Source: Octopus vulgaris
Taxonomy: Eukaryota
NCBI GenBank assembly: GCA_951406725.2
Contig: OX597831.1
Location: 31,558,001-31,622,000, forward strand
Reading direction: 5' to 3'
Length of the DNA stretch: 64,000 bases
The notes below the pieces were generated by a model. It saw only the letters and a program-made list of their open reading frames with translations. It was not told the DNA's origin and did not search any database. Made by a program: the position numbers and the translations under genes. Shown here piece by piece: positions 14,580 through 26,688 of this stretch. The first letter of the stretch is position 1. Each line of letters begins with the position of its first letter.

Positions 14580-14621
<42 letters not shown>

Positions 14622-14664
14622 GTATAAAGAGAATCTTTAATGAGATATCTATCTATTCTATATA

Positions 14665-14695
<31 letters not shown>

Positions 14696-16269
14696 TGGGG
14701 TGTTGTTTTTCAACTGTTCATGTTTTAAATTTTGATATATATTTTTCAAATATTTCTGTTTGGTTTGTCTCATCGGTTGAGAATTAAGCAAAATAGTTTT
14801 TTTTTTTTTTTTTTTTCATTTCTGATATTACATTTTTCGAATGGCATATAGTGTTCAAATATTTGCACTGTCTGTCTGTTTGTCTTGCTGTGTCTGTGTG
14901 GGTGGAATGAATGTATATGGGTAGGGTGGAGGTGTGTGCTTGGGTTGTGTGAGAATGAGTGAAAGAAACATTGTTTGACAAATGTGTTGAAAGCTCTATT
15001 TGAACTCTGACCTTTACATATGTATATCTGACCTTTATGGACCTCAAGGTGTCTAGTCATTGTCTAGTTTCTCTGTCTATCTATGTCTGTGTGTGTGTGT
15101 GTGTGTGTGTGTGAAGATAAGGAAGAAGACCAAAGTTGAGAACAAAGAAATTCTCAGCAAGTGTTCAAAGAACATAGTTTCATATACACACATACATACT
15201 TAGACACACATGCACACACACACACACACATACACACATCATAGACGCATATATATTTGTTTTGTACTTATACTCAATGCATGTGTATTTGTGTTTAGTC
15301 TAAATGTGGATATATATATATATATATACTTGTTTCAGTCATTTGACTGCGGCCATGCTGGAGCACCACCTTTAATCGAGCAACTCGACCCCGGGACTTA
15401 TTCTTTGTAAGCCCAGTACTTATTCTATCGGTCTCTTTTGCCGAACCACTAAGTGACGGGGGACGTAAACACACACACACATACATATATATATACATAT
15501 ATACGACAGGCTTCTTTCAGTTTCCGTCTACCAAATCCACTCACAAGGCATTGGTCGGCCCGGGGCTATAGCAGAAGACACTTGCCCAAGATGCCACGCA
15601 GTGGGACTGAACCCGGAACCATGTGGTTGGTTAGCAAGCTACTTATCACACAGCCACTCCTGCGCCTTATATATATATATATATATAGTTTTATAAGCCA
15701 AGTCTTGTAATATAGTTATATACCCAGATTGTCTGCAAACGAGTCAAATCTGTCTATGTATATACGTTTGTTTTTGTGTATGTATGTTTGTATGTACATG
15801 TATGTACATGTGTATGTATATATATGTAATGTATGTATGTGTACATATGCACCGTTGTATATCCATGCTGCCACATGTCAAACAAAAACAACAAAAAAAA
15901 CCCAAAATGAAAACAAACTCAGTTACTGTTTGCTTACCATAGGAAAAATATGTTTAATTCTACACACAAGCAATACAGAAATAGATGTGTGTATGTGTGC
16001 GTGTGTGTGTGTAAACAAATCTCTTGTGTGGATTTTTTTTCTTTCTATTAATATTTCTGTTCTTTCCAACTTGTTTTCTCTCATTTTGTCTTTCCACCTG
16101 ACAGACTACAGACACCTTTTGTAAACAACTGTGTCACCTTAGTATTTGTCACCATTTCAAATAGTTTTATAATACACCTCAATTGTAAAATGCACACTTG
16201 TTCTTCACTGTGCCTCTCTCTCTCTCTCTCCCTCTCTCTCCCTCTCTCTCCCTCTCTCTCCCTCTCCCC

Positions 16270-16325
<56 letters not shown>

Positions 16326-19300
16326 GATGGACATGCTCTGACTAACTTTATATCTGTCTATCTTCTCCCATCCGCATTTTACACTATCTGAGTGTATGTC
16401 TCTGTCACATTTTAAACCAGAGAACTGTGTCCAATTTTATATTTCGATATCTACTCCCTATCTGTAAGACCAATGACAACTGCCTGGTCACCAACGTCCA
16501 CCGGCTCTTTCACTAGACATGCTGGAGGTTCATATTGCATATAAGTGTTAGATGTAATAAGCATGGCAGCATGGTTATGGAAGGTTGCTCTGCACCCCTG
16601 TGGTTTGGGGTTCATTCCTGCTGCACAGCTCCTTGAGTTCTTATCTTCTATTATAGCCCCAAGCTGACCAATGCCTAGTGGGAGAATTTGGGAGGCAGAA
16701 ACTGCAAGAAGCTTATTGTATATCTGTGCCACCAGCTCAGAAATGGCACCCGTACCAGTAGCATGAAAAAGGCACCCATTACACTCTCGGAGTGTTTGGT
16801 GTTAGGAAGGGCATCAAGCTGTAGAAACCATGCTAAATCAGACTGGAGTCCTGTGTAGCCCCACCAGCTTGCCAGCCCTGGTCAAACCATCTGACCCATG
16901 CCAATATGGACAACAGAAGTTAAATAATGATTATGTGCCTGTGAGTGTGTAATATATATATTATTATAGGGTCTGTAGTCTCATGAGCTGCATGGCAACC
17001 TCACTGCAATGTGGTTGGTGTTAGAAAGGGCATCCAGCTGTAGAAACCATGCCAACGCAAACATTTGACATGATGCAATCCTTGAACTTAGCAGATTCTG
17101 CCAACCCATGCAAGCATGGAACATGGGTATTAAATAGTGATAATGAAACAGATTATATAATATATAATCCACGTAAGTGTGTATGTGTGCATTCATTTTT
17201 CTGTACATATCCATCATCATCATCGTTTAATGTCCGTTTTCCATGCTGGACTGGGTTGGACATTTTGACCAAGGTCTGGAGAGCCAGCAACTGCACTAGG
17301 CTCCAATTTGATCTGGCAATGTTTCTACATGCCCTTCTTAATGCCAACCACTCTGAGAGTGTAGTGAGCGCTTTTTACATGCCACCAGCACAGGAGCCAG
17401 TCAAGTGGTACTAGCATTGGCCACGTTCGGATGGTGCTTTTTACGTGCCACCGGCACAGGAGCCAGTCAGCGGGTACTGGCATCAACCACTTTTGGATGG
17501 TGCTTTTTACATGCCAGTCAGTGGGTACTGGCATCCATAAATGTAAATAGAAATTGTGTGTACATTCACATATACATGCATACATTCATAGATACATATA
17601 TATATATACAATTTGTGTATTATCTATAATTCCAGTCTGTATAATTTATGTGTGTGTCAATATATACAATTGATATATTATATATATGATGTGTGTGTGT
17701 GTGCATGCATGCATTTGAGCATGTGTATTCTGTGTAAATTAAGAAATGGCAACAGGCAAAAATCTTTTGTAAATATAAGTTTTCATTGTATATATTGAGT
17801 ATTGAAAATTGTTTAATATTGAGGCTTATAAATCCATGAGAAAAATGAGGGGTGGGTTCTAGTCCCACATGTACTAATATCCATTTTTTCCATCATGGGT
17901 TTAGATGCCCTAATACTAGACTTCTTTCTGTAGTCAATATATACGGTAAAATCTTATAATAATATTTAGAAAAAAGATATGTATATAATTTGTGTGTGTG
18001 TGTGTGTGTATGTGTGTGTATGAATCCTAAAATCTCTCCCAGCCATAATAATAAATTTGCTGCATGTTGTTTTATTTATAATGAAATAATGAATTTTGGA
18101 TGTGTTTATATTTTGGAGGGGGAGTTGTATGGTTGGTTGCATTCATAACTACAAATTGTGTGTATATGCATTAAAATACACACATGTGCATGAGGTGTTG
18201 CATGCATACGTGTTGGTGCATTCATATGCATTAGTGCATAACATGCATGTGTTGGTGCAAACGTTTGGCTTCTTAAGTAATATCTTCGTTATTGTTTTAG
18301 TTGTTGTAGTAATTAAGATGCAGGCATGCACTAAAGCACTCTTTTATTAAACTACAGAAGCAGCAGGAGAAGGGTGTTCTTTTTTTTTGTTGCAGGTGTT
18401 GTTACTTTTGTTGCAGGTGCACATTGCACACATTGGTGCAATTTATGCTGCAACAGGAAAATTCATATTGCTGTTGTTGTTGTTGTTGTTGTTGTTGCTT
18501 GTTGTTGCTAAGATGGTGCAGAGTGTTGAAAGAAAAGATTTAGGTTAGACACAGAATACTGCATGGGTGGGTGGATGGATGGGTAGATGGGGGTTGCAGA
18601 AATGGGAGAACTTAGCAAAAATAACACTGGAACCAGATTGACTGTGTCTCAAAGACATAAACAGAATATTCCATAGACAGGATGGAACCAAAGGGGAGAG
18701 TAGAGGGTCAAGTAGAGGAATGATGGGGGGAGGTGAGCCTGAGAAAAGGAAAAAGTGGTTCTTCTTGAGCTTGTAATCAATGTTTGTAATTAATTGCTGT
18801 TGTGGTTCAAAATTGTATTGTAGCAATGGTAGTAGTAGCAGCAGCAGCAGTTGCTGTAATAGTAGTAGTAGTAGTAGTAGTAGTTGTTGTTGTTCTTGTT
18901 GTTGTTGCAGAGATGTGTCGTTTCAGAAAGAATCTTATTTGAAGCTTTTTAGATCATGGAAAAAAGTGAGATTGGTCAAGTGGTATGTGGTGTTGTTTCA
19001 AAGGAACTGGTTCTCCACCCGATCCTCCACCCGACCCTCTGTGGACATCCTTCCACAACGCACCTCCACCCCACCACCACCACCACAACCACTGACTATG
19101 GATCAAGTTGACGTTTTGTTTTTGAACCTGTAATTTTTAGGTTGGCTTGAGTTGCCTTAACAGTGATCTGGAGATGAGGACACCAGTGAAAAACGAAGCC
19201 GTCAAGTACAGTGCATGCTTCCCCCTTGTTGTATCACTGCTGCCAACCAAAGTGGCCAATGGAAGCCCCGTGCCTCAAAACCCTGCCGTCGCAAAGGTAG

Positions 19301-20306
19301 TTATCTCCCTTCTTTGGAGTGATCCACACAGTTGATGTCTCAATGTTGTCATTGTCAAGTGCCAACACTTGTGTGTGTGTGTGTTTGTGATTTTGAATGT
19401 GTGGATATAAGTACAAGTGTGAGGCAAAATGATCAGGTATCAAGGTATCACTCTGCACATAATGGTTTTGGTAAACACGGGTTCAAATTCTGCTTCAGGC
19501 ATTCTTTTCTTTTCTTCCTTTTTTTTTTTTCTCTTTTGACCAAGACACTAAACTCTGTGTTATATATATATATATATATACAGATAATGTATGTGTAATA
19601 AATATACATATATACAACATGGCTTTACAGGATTTCTTGGGATGATTTAACATCAGCTTATTTTGCAATTAGATGTGGATATCTAGATTTAAATAGAAGA
19701 GAAAATAAGAAGTTTGTGATGGTTATTCCGCTCCAAAAAACTATTAGCAACATCATTAGCATTGATGTGAAGTGACTTCTGTCGGGAATTGAAACCAGCT
19801 CGCCAAATACTCACCTTCTACTAACAATATTGCTTTCATACTAACAATACTGTATTGCTAATATACTAACACTCTCAACAAACTGAGAATTGCTAACGAT
19901 TATTAATTTTTGCTAATGATTATTAACGGATATACAGAACATGCAGATGACACATTCTTTTTGGTTTTTTTTTTAGCATTTTTGTCATTAACAAACATCC
20001 CATTATTTGTGTGTATGTATGTGTGTTTTTTTCACCATTCTAGTTGTCTTAGATTCAACAGTGCCATTAACTTACCATTTGCCATTATTGGAATCCAGCC
20101 CTTGTAACTCATCATGTCTTATTCTTATTGTGAAGAAAATCTCTAAGCTGAAATCCATAAAGACAAGAAAATTGACACAGCAACCAATTATTACTGCCTT
20201 AATTAGGGTCTAATTAGTTGCTGTGTATAGCAGAAGCCTCATTATTTTCTGTTGGTTCAATGGGTGTGATGTATCTATGGATGTGTATGTGTGTGTGTGT
20301 AGTTAT

Positions 20307-20338
<32 letters not shown>

Positions 20339-20549
20339 TCCATATAAACATTTTTATTTGCCTGTCTGACCCTTTCTCTCTTTCTGTCCCTATACATTTG
20401 TGTGTGTTGTTTCTCTCTCTCTCTCTCTCTCAATAATATATCCCCATAACTTAGCGGTTTGGCAAAAGAGACCGATAGAATAAGTACTAGGCTTACAAAA
20501 AAAATAGTGCTCCAGCATGGCCACAGTCAAATGACTGAAACAAGCAAAA

Positions 20550-20590
<41 letters not shown>

Positions 20591-20963
20591 TTGGTCATTT
20601 GTCCATTAGTCAGAAGAAAAAGCGTACTTTAAAAGAGAATTTGAGCAGTTATACTTTCACATTGTCAAGTACTGTACTCTTGGTTATGGTACATAACCAG
20701 TCACTCACACACACACACATACCATGTCTACTTCTCATGATGGTATATAAAATATTTGTTCTGTAGTAGTATTTGTTTGTAGTTCTCTGCATGTGTGTAT
20801 GTGTGTATCAAGTTATGCAACAGGTAACTGTTTAAGGGATCTCTACAATAGCATATGTAATGAGATCTCAAATGCTGTTCCCTGAATTACTTCATATCAG
20901 ATTCTCTCCCATCCTCAGAAATTCCTTAACAATGAGACTGAATAGTTTCACACACACATACAC

Positions 20964-20996
<33 letters not shown>

Positions 20997-21041
20997 ATAT
21001 GTATGTATGTATATATGTATGTATGTATATATGTATGTATG

Positions 21042-21072
<31 letters not shown>

Positions 21073-21879
21073 ATATGTATGTATGTATATATGTATGTAT
21101 GTATATATATGTATGTATATATGTATGTATGTATATATGTATGTATATATATATATGTATGTATATATACATGTATGTATGTATGTATGTATGTATGTAT
21201 ATATGTATGTATATATGTATGTATGTATGTGTGTGTGTGTGTGTGTGTGGAAAGAGAGAGAGCTAATAATAATATACACACAGTTTAGTAGTTCAAGAAA
21301 TATTTTTTTTGCTGAACACCAAACTATTTCTGGTTTTTTTTTTTCATTTTATTAATTAGTCTATTAATTACAATTCTATTAATTATCTTCCTTTATGGCA
21401 AAATATATTTAACATACATTTTATTAAGTACATGCTTATTTGTTTCTTTCTATTTTCCTGCTGTTTTACACTTTTGTTTAATATTTATATTAATTTTTTT
21501 TTTGTTTTATCATATTTATACTTATACTTTATTCTATAGTCATTGTTTTCTTGTTTTATGATCTATATATATATATATATATATTATATTAAATTAGAGA
21601 TAAAACCACTATTAGGCAAATCATACAATGAAAAACTTAAGCCAATACATAAGATTAATTAATTTATATTATTTTAAATATATATCAAAATTATTAAAAA
21701 AAGATAATTATCTTTTTTTAATAATTTTGATATATATTTAAAATAATATAAATTAATTAATCTTATGTATTGGCTTAAGTTTTTCATTGTATGATTTGCC
21801 TAATAGTGGTTTTATCTCTAATTTAATATAATATAATATTTTACTATAAAATTGGATTCAATCCTAAATCTGATTTTTC

Positions 21880-21960
<81 letters not shown>

Positions 21961-22781
21961 TGTGTGTGTGTGTGTTTGTATGTCTGTATATAGTTTAATA
22001 AGCCAAGGAAAAAACAGGCCCCATGTATTTTAGTTTATGGAGTAGATTATATTAATTTAGGCAATGTTATAAATTTCATTTCATTACAGCCAAATCATGT
22101 TACTGAATGGTTTCATGTTGGAAGAAACTTCCAAATGTAGGAAGGTATAAGTTAAGAACCATTGGACATGGATGAATTGAACAGATACTCTTTCATTCAG
22201 CTATATCTGAGCTTGTTTATATGGGATGTTGTGGTAGCCATTCCTTTCCTAAAGTTAGTTAACATCATAAATGAATTGGCTCCATTTTGGAATTGTAATC
22301 GGATATGGCATGTTGGTTTATTTTAAAATTCTCTGTCTTCTAGATCAGGGTTTCCCAACCAGGGGTGTGAGATAGCATTCCAGGAGGTTGCATGCAGGGC
22401 TGAGTTTATAGGGGGGTCAAAGAGGGCAATTGCCCCAGGCACCTTTATTCTTATGTAGATTATTTCTTTAAGGGGTGTGAGAACATATTAAAAGTTTTTA
22501 GGGGTGCAGGGCATAACAAAGGCTGGGAACCACTGTTCTAGATAGTTCTCTTCATCTTTTTCTCTCCATCTGTCTCTCTCTCTTTCTCTTCGCCTCTCCA
22601 TCTCTCTCTTTGCCTGTCTCTCCATCTCTCTCTCTCTCTCTCTCTTTGCTTCTCTCCATCTCCCCCACCACCTGCTTTTTTCTAGGCAGCAACACCCATG
22701 GATCTTCAGGTCATATTTTTTTCTTCTTGGGAAAGATACAGAAGTTTGTTTCTGCTGCCTTATTTACTTTGATAGCCTCCT

Positions 22782-22823
<42 letters not shown>

Positions 22824-25800
22824 ATTTACCCTAACCCAACCCTTCCAAAGCACCATGTTCTAATTAACATAGGAGGACAGGTTCACATGACACCAGATTA
22901 TGTCCACTCACCTGTGGCATTGTGTGACACATGTCCAGGTACCAGCCCTCCTCTCTGAGTCCTGCATGTCTTAACCACAAGACTGTCTTCTCCTTTTGAA
23001 CCTGTAACTGCAACCCTTAACAGCTCCTGGGTCAAAGCAGACTTAAGAGTAGTGATTACTAAGGGTTAACCCTGCATTTAACAAAACTCTGAACCCTCCA
23101 AGCTGGGACCTCACCATATGACACAATTTTATGTTTTTTCCCAGGACAAAGTTCTGTCAATTTGTTTTTTACATTTTAGCATTTTTATACATCTTTTCTT
23201 TTTTATAAATTTATTTTTAATTGTTTTTAAAATTCCTTTTTAATTGTTTTTTTTTGTTTTTCCTTTTTCCTCTCTAGATATCTCATTCCTCATCTGCATC
23301 ATCACTTCTATCATCAGATAGCGATGTCACATCACCATATCGTTTCCCTGATTCTTGTATCATTAAAGTCAGTGTACAGACTGAAGAAAGTAGTGGAACT
23401 CACGTGTATAAAAGTATTATGGTGAGTATATATTTGTATATATATATTTGTTTTGCAAAATTTTTTTATGTGAATTCGTGTTTTGAAAAAGATGTTGCTA
23501 TATCTGAGTTCAGTAATTTTTACCCAATAAATACCACAGAAAGACAAAATGGAATAAACTGGACAAGACCAAAGAGAAGAAGAGACACGAGGAAGAGAGA
23601 GTCGTTGAAGAGGTCACAGCAGGTGTAACAAAAGAACTCTGACAAATAAACTAATAATAATAATAATCTTTTCTACAAAAGGCACAAGGCCTGATATTTT
23701 GGTGGGAGGAGACTAGTCGAGTACATCAATCCCAGTACACAACTGGTACTTAATTTAGTGACCCTGAAAGGATAAAAGGCAAAGTCAACCTTGGCGGAAT
23801 TTGAACTTAGAATGTAAAAACAAACGAAATACTGCTAAGCATTTCGCCCAGCATACTAACGTTTCTGCCAGCTCGCCTTATATATATATATACATATATG
23901 CACACACACACATACATACATGCACACACGCACAAACACTGATGCTCGTGTGTTTACATCCCCGTAACTTAGTGGTTCAGCAAAAGAGACCGATAGAATA
24001 AGTACTAGGCTTACAAACAATGTGTCCTGGGGTCGATTTGTTCAACTAAAGGCGGTGCTCCAGCATGGTCGCAGTCAAATGACTGAAACAAGAGACTATA
24101 CATATGTATATATATTTATTGTATATAATGGTCACAGCTGGAACTCTTTTGATCAGAGATCAATCTGTTCTTGACTGATCTGGGATGAAACAATAACAAC
24201 CATAACTGCAGAGAAACATATCTGCTAACATTTCTTGGTGATATGATGGGTGTTATGATGTCTTCCATTTATGAGGGAAAATCAGCATTACCGATTCAGA
24301 AATATTGCAGAATTTGTAGACTTAGTCGAAGTTACTTGAAAAACAAAATCAAAGAAATATTGTTGTTGTTGTAGTGTTCAGCCTCTTTTTGATTTTAAGA
24401 GACCGATAGAATAAGTACTAGGCTTACAAACAATTCGAAGAGTTCGAAGAGAAAGTGATGATCTGAGTAGACTCAAGTCAATTTTTTGTTAATGCAAAAG
24501 AATTACTCTCAAGGGACGTAACTGTAAAAATCATCAACGATTAAGGCTTAAACATTTACTTCCCTTTGAACAAAAACTCGCCTACATTCTCTCTCTGTCC
24601 TTCTCCCTTTCTGTCTTTTCTTTCTCCTTTCCTCTCTTACACACTCGTGTACATCAGTTCCTTGAATAATCATTTTCTTGGTCTCCCTGATTTAAGGTAA
24701 CTATCAATAGGTAACCAATTCTACTGACTCTGAGGAATAAAGTCAAGTCGTGGCGTTTTTGCCTTTTAATCAAATAAAGCAAAAATTAAAAAGTAATTAA
24801 TGGCAAACTTACTAACTTACGTTTCTCTCATTTGTGAATTTGTACAATAAAAAATAAAATGTGTCTCATCAACTTTGAATCACTGGAAATTTTTAACTGC
24901 AAAGATCTTGCAAAGGAACTCAAGGGATTAGTTAGATAATAAATATACAAAAGTATGTGTTGAAAAACTTGGGATTAACTGAGATTATCCATTTGATTAA
25001 CAGATAAAAACTTTATCGAGGTGTATTCAAAATTTTTTGTAATTCAACCAAAGGAGATCTCTGTAATTAAAGCAACTAACCTTTTACTTCTTTCAGTCAT
25101 TAGACGGTGGCCATGCTGGGGCACTGCCTTGAAGAATTTTTAGTCGAATGAATCGACCCTTGTATGTTATTTTTAAGCCTGGTACTTATTCTATCGGTCT
25201 CTTTTGCCAAACTGCTAAGTTACAGGGACATAAATACACCAGTCATCATGCAATGGTGAAGGACACACGGACACACACACATACATATATATGCACACAT
25301 AACAGGTTTTCTTCAGATTCTGTCCACCAAATCCACTCTCAAGGCTTTGGTTGGTCTGAGGCTATAGTAGAAAACTCTTGCCCAAGGTGTTACACAGTGG
25401 AACTGAATCTGGAACCATGTGGTTGTGAAGGACTTTTTCTGTTTTGGTTTTTTTTTTTTTTATTTTTTTTTTTTTTGCCTTGATGTCACCCATGTGGCTG
25501 CTTTTGTGTGGAATGTAATCAATATTTAAAAACTCCTCTTTCAGCTCTCAAACACAGATCATACCCATACTGTCATCAAAAAATCTTTGGAAAAATACTC
25601 AATAGAACGATGCCAAGAAGATTTCACCCTGTCTCAAATACTTCCCGACAAAGGTAAGACATTTAATGGAATTACACCTGCTTAATTAGTAATCTACCTG
25701 AGTTAATGAAGGAGCCTCTCTTATGTGAGCGCTCATGAACGCTGCAAGGTTAAAAGGCATAGTTGTCTTCTGCATAATTTTGAGTTGGGCTGCAGAAGAA

Positions 25801-26688
25801 TGAACCTAAAGTCCCAAGACATTTAGCTTATTATTTTATTGTTCAGACCAATTCCTAATCATTGAACAATAAATATGATTTGTCCATCTTGGTTTGAAGT
25901 TCAAGCTCTGCTTGAGTCATCTCTGCAGTTAATCACTCTGATGTTATCATCATCATTTGAGTGTCAGCCTGTCTGTGCTGGCATGGGTCAGACAGAGTTT
26001 ATTTGAGACAGATTTTCTATGGCCAGATGTCCTTCCTCTTGCCAACCCTCCGAGCAAGGTAACATTTCCCAAGGCCAGACATGTTTTTTACAGAAGATTA
26101 AAAAGAAATGACACTGCTTCTATAACAGTGACACTCATTTACGACTATCATGTGATGTGAAAACAAGGAGATACAAACACACACACACACAACATATATA
26201 TGCATACAACAGGCTTCTTTCAGTTTCTGTCTATCAAATAACTCACAAGGCTTTGGTTGGCCCAGGGCTGTAGAAGAAGACACTTGCATAAGGTGCCATG
26301 CAGTGGAATTGAACCCAAAACCGTGTGATTGGGAAGTAAACTTCTCATCACATAGTCACGCCTGTGCCTCAGTAAGCTAAATATCAGTTGTACATCCAGT
26401 CTAATGGATTTTGTTATAATTAAGAACCAAATGTCTTTTTGTCTCTGTATCTTATGCTTTACCCACTTGCTCAGTCACTCATATTTACTCTCTCTCTCTC
26501 TCTCTCTCTCTCCCTCTGTCCTTGTCTCTACAGAACTGTTGATACCATCGAAAGCCAATGTGTTCTACGCTATGAACAACAACAACCCCAACTCAGACCT
26601 GAACTTTGTGGTGCGAACTAAGTCCTGCCAGGAGGCGTTGAGTAAGAAGCGCAAGTCTCGTGGCAAACTGAAGAAACTGAGTTTGTGA
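5174..26688 (+). CDS. RGL1: RalGDS/RGL-family Ral guanine nucleotide exchange factor, 3' part (RasGEF CDC25 domain to RA domain and stop); multi-exon, 5' exons lie outside the window
   Basis: Joined exons keep one frame with GT-AG at every junction. Motifs include [66 protein letters not shown] and the RA domain DSCIIKVSV...VYKSIM...ANVFYAMN. Invertebrates usually have one RalGDS/RGL orthologue, so the symbol is approximate. Confidence 0.95.
5682..5891 (+). CDS. RGL1: RGL/RalGDS exon ([16 protein letters not shown]...KWIEIAM)
   Basis: ccacag/gtaatt, 210 nt, phase 0-0; RalGDS-typical sequence. Confidence 0.95.
6181..6505 (-). mobile_element. 5'-truncated RTE LINE 3' end with (GAT)n tail; related copies near 7563, 11757, 17211, 32840, 35190, 36108, 39128, 42945, 56327, 58988, 63391
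   Basis: Shared CATCATCGTTTAACGTCCG...GGATGCCCTTCCTAACGCCAACCAC sequence, contiguous with RTE coding sequence at 36900-37417 and 43423-45210. Confidence 0.8.
7293..7396 (+). CDS. RGL1: RGL/RalGDS exon ([34 protein letters not shown])
   Basis: tttcag/gtaagt, 104 nt; CDC25 NFSS motif. Confidence 0.95.
9013..9097 (+). CDS. RGL1: RGL/RalGDS exon ([28 protein letters not shown])
   Basis: cacag/gtacta, 85 nt, frame continuous with neighbours. Confidence 0.93.
10102..10191 (+). CDS. RGL1: RGL/RalGDS exon ([30 protein letters not shown])
   Basis: ttgcag/gtaagt, 90 nt, phase 0-0. Confidence 0.9.
10238..10784. mobile_element. Non-autonomous DNA-transposon-like repeat with CCCTAA-like units; distal part is a foldback inversion
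   Basis: Inverted arms 10503-10644 and 10653-10784; telomere-like CCCTAA/TTAGGG units. Confidence 0.55.
10947..11188 (+). CDS. RGL1: RGL/RalGDS exon ([17 protein letters not shown]...VYDENE)
   Basis: ttttag/gtaaat, 242 nt; PYLG and INFEK motifs. Confidence 0.96.
11540..11605 (+). CDS. RGL1: RGL/RalGDS exon ([21 protein letters not shown]), end of CDC25 domain
   Basis: tttcag/gtaggt, 66 nt; LS..IEP motif. Confidence 0.92.
12998..13121 (+). CDS. RGL1: RGL/RalGDS linker exon ([16 protein letters not shown]...SVSTGPL)
   Basis: ctccag/gtaagt, 124 nt; converts phase 2 to phase 0 as needed. Confidence 0.85.
15327..15666 (-). mobile_element. tRNA-derived SINE (GGAGTGGCTGTGTGGTAAG family)
   Basis: A/B-box-like head, CCTTGGGCAAGT core-like segment, internal (TA/CA)n, AGAGTAAA-type tail in related copies; many copies in window. 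Confidence 0.85.
19141..19296 (+). CDS. RGL1: Probable symmetric (cassette) linker exon of RGL ([17 protein letters not shown]...QNPAVAK)
   Basis: ttttag acceptor, aag|gtagtt donor, 156 nt, open in phase 0-0, GC-richer than flanks; not needed to keep frame. Confidence 0.65.
22346..22535. mobile_element. hAT-type MITE
   Basis: TIRs CAGGGTTTCCCAACC / GGCTGGGAACCACTG; 8-bp TSD TTCTAGAT on both sides. Confidence 0.85.
23278..23421 (+). CDS. RGL1: RGL/RalGDS exon, start of RA domain (ISHSSSASS...DSCIIKVSV...VYKSIM)
   Basis: Long pyrimidine tract, ctctag/gtgagt, 144 nt. Confidence 0.94.
25545..25653 (+). CDS. RGL1: RGL/RalGDS RA-domain exon ([18 protein letters not shown]...QILPDK)
   Basis: tttcag/gtaaga, 109 nt. 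Confidence 0.94.
26534..26688 (+). CDS. RGL1: RGL/RalGDS last coding exon ([15 protein letters not shown]...KLKKLSL*)
   Basis: ctacag acceptor; [10 protein letters not shown] motif; TGA stop ends at 26688. Confidence 0.95.

Noticed and set aside
16421-16516. Possible alternative terminal exon of RGL ([10 protein letters not shown]...RLFH*) lacking the RA domain
   Set aside because: Weak pyrimidine tract, no recognisable homology and no clear poly(A) signal.
20830-20945. Minus-strand CUGAGGA near an inverted repeat; similar partial boxes near 42880 and 43160
   Set aside because: No properly placed GAAA and stem II, so not called as ribozymes.
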